A stretch of 64,000 nt of DNA, from assembly GCA_965248195.1 (NCBI GenBank), contig CBDFIQ010000002.1:736001-800000 (forward strand), given 5' to 3'. The notes beneath the pieces were generated by a model, which had not been told where the DNA came from, ran no database searches, and saw nothing but the letters and a program-made list of their open reading frames with translations. Below, one piece after another: positions 59,901-64,000 of the stretch; position 1 is the first letter of the stretch; each line of letters starts with the position of its first letter. The DNA comes from Longimicrobiales bacterium. Its GTDB lineage: Bacteria > Gemmatimonadota > Gemmatimonadetes > Longimicrobiales > Gaopeijiaceae. Both the position numbers and the translations under genes were made by a program.

Positions 59901-59959
59901 TGCGGTTGAATTCCGGTTCAGGCGGGCCGATTTATCTACGGCTAGGGACCGCGTTTTGA
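56921..59959 (+). CDS. Outer-membrane protein: HExxH peptidase-like domain + PD40/TolB beta-propeller + Omp85-type barrel
   Basis: Signal peptide; 'KHELVH…W.TEGLATYYE'; 'P.WSPDGR' repeats; 'FPVRGY'; C-terminal 'YLRLGTAF'. Confidence 0.85.
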   Translation: MRRSALILLCFLTAGVAGALRPASGQVPPDESWRSLETSHFRVTFPEGMDPLARRAAFQAERAFEALSEVFLDPPGGLIELLLTDHTETSNGFATAVPFNRIIVYVRPPMEGGGLSHFDEWMEVVIKHELVHVFQLDYTGPLGSLIRSVFGRWEDGWPTFPSFDLPRWTTEGLATYYESSLTKSGRVRGSYLDMVLRTAVLEDGLESLDQITGSSPNWPAGDRVYVYGATFFDHLSETYGEERLGAFADAIARQWIPYRVNAGAKDAFGVSFSDLWERWRTDLEVRFRALADSLAAAAPLTAGEPLAAEGRRALFPSVSPDGTRLAFARSDGRTDTQMRVGDPDGSNDRKLLRLSNLSDFAWLPDGSLVVSEVEFTDPFRLQSDLFRVGADGRKRRITRGARVDQPTPSPDGRTVVAVQSMGGTNRLVQVDLETGEILALTPFLADVHWAFPAWSPDGRWIAASRWTPGALYDVVVMDPEGRIVSRITNVRSVDQAPTWSPDGRWLLWASDRSGIPNIYAREIDPASAAPGPLRQVTNVLGGTAYPSVGPEGRWIYFSSYHKIGWTIERVPFDPATWFDPLPMKPGFAPGEGPEDDPESAPLVGEVGPYRASSTLRPYFWGPTYTSSLNRPDRIGGPINTEVLGPALGVRTTGGDLVGRHRYGVVARVRTDGRTDAAVSYTYSGLGNPLLGLSASQDHGVDGPFDIVSPSGANTMLFVAEKERSIRASSTLRRQRVRNRTSLSFAVAHIWEDREHLETDLEPSVISVVRPRRRLGEAQVGASFNTARAFPFSTSAEAGVLARVRGRTRHELSLSDTLRGSTGFDRSFNEATGVVRAYQSVSGPGFSNHVLAARASLGVAEGPGADAFHFSVGGAQGRPESLTGAELFGGSRLFFPVRGYSEGRRTGRYAWSVSGEYRFPLFNVHRGIGLVPVHMDRVSGALFFDAGNAWGGVGPGAGSPQNPRRNAVASVGAELQSSITALFSTRMFFRLGAALRLNSGSGGPIYLRLGTAF

Positions 59960-60407
59960 CTCTGCTCCACCCGCGACGCTTCCGCCTCCACCGCCGACGC
60001 TTCCGCCCCCACCGCCGACGCTTCCACCACCTCCGTATTCGCTACGCCTTTTTCCTGACCCGCAAGCTCGGCCATGCGATCCACGGAGGTGTGCATCTGT
60101 GCTTGCGTTTCTCGAAAGCGCATGTCGTCTTCCTGGCCTTCGTCTCTCGCGACCGCGGCAGCGTTGAGAACACGAATCAGCCGCAGGAAATGATCCCCTT
60201 CTTCGCGCAGGCCCAGGTAGCGGCGTTCGCTCGGTAGGATCCCGCTGGTGAGGCCCCAGACCCCGGCCTCGAGAATCAGGACGCCGATCAGGACCAGGAG
60301 CACTGGAGTTGAAGGCTGTTCGGCCCGAAGAGTACGGAGCCAAAGATGATCCCCATGCCCAAGAGGGGGATTCCGATCTCCATGCCGCGGCGGATTGTCC
60401 TTTTCAC
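59932..60407 (-). pseudogene. Two-TM hypothetical protein, split by a one-base deletion near 60303
   Basis: RBS ggagg then GTG at 60407: MKRTIRRGMEIGIPLLGMGIIFGSVLFGPNSLQLQ joined to VLLVLIGVLILEAG needs cag [g]tg. Confidence 0.65.
59974..60030. repeat. 21-bp coding tandem repeat (about x2.7) near a gene 3' end
   Basis: cgacgcttccgcctccaccgc / cgacgcttccgcccccaccgc / cgacgcttccacc. Confidence 0.8.
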
Positions 60408-60623
60408 GCGTCGCCCTCCATAGGGTGCCAGGCCTTGAATCTTGAACGTCGAACTCCATTCGAATCGTACGTATGGGGATGTCGGTTGTACAGCAGTTTT
60501 TTTGGAGGAACGCCGCTCTAGCGCATCGCTTGCGTCCGCACCGCACCGATCCTCCGACTCGGGACACGGAGGCTGTCAGGCTTTGGTGGCCGAGGGCCCC
60601 AGATTTCGGATCGGCACACTTGA

Positions 60624-60670
60624 CCACAAGATATAGTGGGCGTAGCTTGCAAAGCCGCAATATTTCGTGG
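60624..60670 (+). promoter_or_regulatory. Tandem NrdR boxes upstream of nrdJ
   Basis: ccacaagatatagtgg (60624-60639) and ccgcaatatttcgtgg (60655-60670) fit the acaCwAtATaTwGtg consensus with 31-bp spacing. Confidence 0.85.
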
Positions 60671-60791
60671 CCTTCAAGCGATTTTCCACAAAAAAGATGT
60701 TCCCTGGCGAGGCGGGTTTTCGTCGGCTATCAACATAATCAGCGGGAGGGCTTCCACCGCCTTTCCACACTTTTACGCGGAGTGGTCAGGT

Positions 60792-63317
60792 ATGAAGCGA
60801 GAGGCCCCAGCGTCTGAGCATCCAACCTTCGATGAGCCCCTGCCCGAGGACATTCCGGTGGCGAATTTCTCGGAAAATGCCCGGATCGTCCTGGCTAAGC
60901 GGTATCTGAAGAAGGACGCCGAAGGGACGCCGATCGAGGAGCCAGCGGTCATGTTCTGGCGGGTAGCCAAGGTCATTGCGAACGTGGACCGGGAGTACGG
61001 GGCCTCGGAGGCGGCGGTGGGAGAGTTGGCCCGCCAGTTCTACGATCTCATGACGACCGGGAAGTTCGAGCCGAACTCTCCGACGCTGATGAACGCCGGC
61101 CGGCCTCTGGGACAGCTCTCAGCCTGCTTCGTACTACCTGTGGATGACACCCTCTCCAATGGAAAGAGCGGGATTTACGACACGCTCAAAGCGATGGCGC
61201 TCGTTCATCAGTCGGGCGGTGGGACCGGCTTCTCCTTCTCGCGACTTCGGCCGACCGGTGCGCAGGTCAAATCGACCACGGGTGTCGCGTCCGGACCGGT
61301 CTCCTTCATGACGCTTTACGACGCCAGCACGGAGGTCGTGAAGCAAGGTGGGACTCGGCGGGGGGCGAACATGGGGATCCTCAGGGTGGATCATCCCGAC
61401 ATCCGTGAATTCATCACCTGCAAGGACGACACCTCCCGAATCACCAACTTCAACGTCTCGGTGGCCCTGACCGATGCTTTCATGGAGGCGGTCGAGGCTG
61501 GAGAGGGTTACGACCTCGTGAACCCCAAGAACAATGAAGTCGTGGGGCAAGAGGATGCCGGTGAGATCTTCGACATGATCATTCACGGCGCTTGGAAGAC
61601 GGGCGAGCCGGGGACCTTCTTCATCGACCGAGCCAACAGATTCAATCCGGTGCCGAAGCTCGGCTCGTACGAGGCGACGAATCCGTGCGGTGAGCAACCG
61701 CTTCTGCCTTACGACGTATGCAACTTGGGAAGCGTCAATCTCGCCCAGTTCGTCAGAACGGATCATGTACCCGGTGGCGATCCGGCCGATGGGGTGGATT
61801 GGGACGCACTTCGCCAGACGGTCTATCTGTCCACTCACTTCTTGGACAACGTCATCGACGCCAACCAGTATCCCTTGCAGGCCATTAGCGACTTGGCTCA
61901 GACGATCCGCCGGATCGGGCTGGGAGTCATGGGTTGGGCGGACATGCTCATCGGGCTCGGGATCCCCTACGACAGCGCCGAGGGGGTCGAGATGGGTCGC
62001 AAAGTGATGGGCTTCGTGAACGAGGAGGCTCGCAAAGCGTCGGAGAGTCTCGCGGACACCCGAGATATCTTCCCGGCGTGGGAGGAGTCGATTTGGGGGC
62101 CGGACGATCATTGCGCCCGGCACTCTTCCGGAACTCGTGTTCGCCCGATGCGCAGGCTCCGAAACTGTAACCTCACGACTGTGGCGCCCACGGGCACCAT
62201 TTCCATCTTCGCCGGATGTTCCGGAGGTATCGAGCCGATCTTCGCCGTGGCGTTCATGCGCAACCAGGCGGGCTCGATGATGCCTGATGTGAACCCTGCG
62301 TTCGTGGCTCGAGCCCAGGCGGAGGGGTGGTACTCCGAAGAACTCATGGCCCGTATCGCGGAGGAGGGTCACATCCACTTCCCTGAGGTTCCGCAAGAGG
62401 TGCAGGCCGTTTTCAAGACCGCGCATGACATCTCGCCAGAGTGGCACGTTCGGATGCAGGCCGCGTTTCAGGAGCACACCGACTCCGCCATTTCCAAGAC
62501 CACGAACTTCCCGGCGCAAGCCACCGAGGACGACGTCCGGAAAATCTATCAGCTCGCGTATGAGCTCGACTGCAAGGGCGTTACGGTGTACCGCGACGGG
62601 TCGAGGTCCGAACAGGTGCTGTCGACCGGAAAGACCGGAAAAACAGCCGAGGACCGAGAGGTTGGGAGCGGTGACGTCGCGGCTCTCGAGCAGCAGCTCG
62701 CGGATGCGCGCGAGTCTCTGCATGTGCTCCGCATGGAGCTCGATCAGGTCCACCGCGACCGTGACGATGATGATCAAACCGCCGCCGCGGCTCGCCACAA
62801 GCGCCAGCGCCCCACCATGCTACGGGGCCGCACGCTCAAGCTGAACTCGCCGCTCGGCGATCTTTATGTCACGATCAACGAGGACGAGGGCGGCCGCCCC
62901 TTCGAGGTCTTCTGTACGCTCGGGAAGGCAGGCGGCGCGGCGACGGCGGATGCCGAGGCGGTAGGGCGGCTGATCTCCCTGGCACTCCGTTCCGGAATCC
63001 CGGTCTCTGCTGTCAAAGACCAACTTCGGGGAGTTTCCTCGGATCGGGCCGTAGGGGTGGGTCCGAACAAAGTGCTCTCCCTACCGGACGCAATCGGCCA
63101 GGCCATCGAGCGGTACTTGGCGGAGAAGGACGGTGTGCAGGAGACACTTCCGCTAGGTGCTTCCGTTGAGGCGGGCGGGGCTCAGCCGCAGCTCTCTTCA
63201 AGTGTCGGGGCTCATATGAATTTCCTCGGCAGCTGCCCGGAATGCGGCGCTGGCCAACTCTCGTTCGAGGAGGGTTGTGTGAAGTGCCACATCTGCGGAT
63301 ACAGCGAATGTGGATGA
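60792..63317 (+). CDS. nrdJ: Class II (vitamin B12-dependent) ribonucleotide reductase with C-terminal TSCPD / zinc-ribbon region
   Basis: Motifs 'PNSPTLMNAG', 'QGGTRRGANM', 'TNPCGEQPL…CNLGS', 'RIGLGVMG', 'APTGTIS'; C-terminal 'CPECG…EEGCVKCHICGYSECG'. Confidence 0.95.
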   Translation: MKREAPASEHPTFDEPLPEDIPVANFSENARIVLAKRYLKKDAEGTPIEEPAVMFWRVAKVIANVDREYGASEAAVGELARQFYDLMTTGKFEPNSPTLMNAGRPLGQLSACFVLPVDDTLSNGKSGIYDTLKAMALVHQSGGGTGFSFSRLRPTGAQVKSTTGVASGPVSFMTLYDASTEVVKQGGTRRGANMGILRVDHPDIREFITCKDDTSRITNFNVSVALTDAFMEAVEAGEGYDLVNPKNNEVVGQEDAGEIFDMIIHGAWKTGEPGTFFIDRANRFNPVPKLGSYEATNPCGEQPLLPYDVCNLGSVNLAQFVRTDHVPGGDPADGVDWDALRQTVYLSTHFLDNVIDANQYPLQAISDLAQTIRRIGLGVMGWADMLIGLGIPYDSAEGVEMGRKVMGFVNEEARKASESLADTRDIFPAWEESIWGPDDHCARHSSGTRVRPMRRLRNCNLTTVAPTGTISIFAGCSGGIEPIFAVAFMRNQAGSMMPDVNPAFVARAQAEGWYSEELMARIAEEGHIHFPEVPQEVQAVFKTAHDISPEWHVRMQAAFQEHTDSAISKTTNFPAQATEDDVRKIYQLAYELDCKGVTVYRDGSRSEQVLSTGKTGKTAEDREVGSGDVAALEQQLADARESLHVLRMELDQVHRDRDDDDQTAAAARHKRQRPTMLRGRTLKLNSPLGDLYVTINEDEGGRPFEVFCTLGKAGGAATADAEAVGRLISLALRSGIPVSAVKDQLRGVSSDRAVGVGPNKVLSLPDAIGQAIERYLAEKDGVQETLPLGASVEAGGAQPQLSSSVGAHMNFLGSCPECGAGQLSFEEGCVKCHICGYSECG

Positions 63318-63523
63318 GGGCGATCGCCTCGATCCGCTGAACCGGATGCCGGAAGCCACGGCCCTCCACCGGTTTCGCGTGGCTTGAGGCGGTGCGGGCC
63401 CGGTTCTTTTCCACTCCTTTGGGGTTACGTAGCATCAGGAGCCTACCGATATTCTAAGTGGGTAAGGGTCGATTTCGGGGCACCCAACGCCGTAGTAGGG
63501 GTCCGCGGGGTGGGAGATTTCAC

Positions 63524-64000
63524 GTGAGTGAGCCTGGAGCAACGGAAAGTGGCCGGGAGCCGGCGCCAAGCAGCCGCACCGACGAACTGATCGGACTCCT
63601 CTCGAGCCGAGTGGTGGGGCAGGCCCACGCCCTGGAGCATATCGTACCGAGTATCCAACTGCACCGGTCGGGGCTAGCCCCTGAGGACCGCCCGGTTGGC
63701 GTGTTCCTTCTGCTCGGACCGACCGGAACGGGGAAGACCCGGACGGTCGAGGCGCTTGCCGAAGTCCTCCACGGCGATGCGCGCCGCATTGTCAAGATCG
63801 ATTGTGGGGAGTTCCAGAGCGAGCATGAAGTAGCGAAGCTCATTGGCGCTCCCCCCGGATATGTGGGGCACGCCCAGACCGAGCCGCGCCTGAACCAACT
63901 CGTACTCACCGATGCGACGAGCTCCGAGTGCGACCTTTCGCTGGTTCTCTTCGACGAAATCGAGAAGGCGGCGCCATCGTTGTCTCAGCTTCTACTCGGC
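63524..64000 (+). CDS. Stand-alone ClpA/B D2-type AAA+ ATPase (runs off the window; not in the ORF track)
   Basis: RBS gggag then GTG at 63524; 'RVVGQ', 'RPVGVFLLLGPTGTGKT', 'IDCGEFQ.EHEVAKLIGAPPGYVG', 'LFDEIEKA'. Confidence 0.88.
   Translation, partial: MSEPGATESGREPAPSSRTDELIGLLSSRVVGQAHALEHIVPSIQLHRSGLAPEDRPVGVFLLLGPTGTGKTRTVEALAEVLHGDARRIVKIDCGEFQSEHEVAKLIGAPPGYVGHAQTEPRLNQLVLTDATSSECDLSLVLFDEIEKAAPSLSQLLLG

Noticed and set aside
60410..60790. Cobalamin riboswitch upstream of nrdJ
   Set aside because: No recognisable B12-box; the region is explained by NrdR boxes.
61134..62798. 554-aa antisense ORF in nrdJ, and the many similar shadow ORFs in the track
   Set aside because: No motifs; expected by-product of high-GC codon bias opposite real genes.

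Overview
GC-rich bacterial chromosomal window. The gene style suggests Gemmatimonadota (Ser/Thr kinase leaders of the 'AL.xRY.I..ELG.GGM' type, TolB-like/TPR signalling proteins, a VPS10/BNR protein), but this is inference only. It holds about 40 mostly housekeeping genes: folB and fused folK-folP, moeB/moeZ, ndh, a fused E1 alpha/beta dehydrogenase, nrnA, fur, cls, ccdA, ggt, murQ-anmK, and nrdJ with tandem NrdR boxes. Recent decay and rearrangement overlay this backbone. Two apparently identical 1376-bp IS256-family copies each have their own target duplication: one splits an ALDH7-type gene, the other a 74-aa Cys3His membrane-anchored gene missing from the ORF track. A 3.6-kb decaying block (tRNA-Pro 3' fragment, kinase stub, kinase pseudogene, methyltransferase fragment) is bracketed by a 41-bp duplication of the start of a cyclodeaminase gene. 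There are also two in-frame stops, three single-base deletions, two deletion junctions and many short tandem repeats at gene ends. The best candidates for undescribed biology are: (i) a DedA-CoaE-PHP triple fusion next to nrnA; (ii) recurrent kinase-leader stubs in front of other signalling genes; (iii) a dispersed cyclodeaminase/pipecolate-oxidase/ALDH7 set; (iv) an Omp85/porin/ceramidase operon. No CRISPR array, rRNA or complete tRNA was seen. All calls come from reading motifs by eye; no searches were run.
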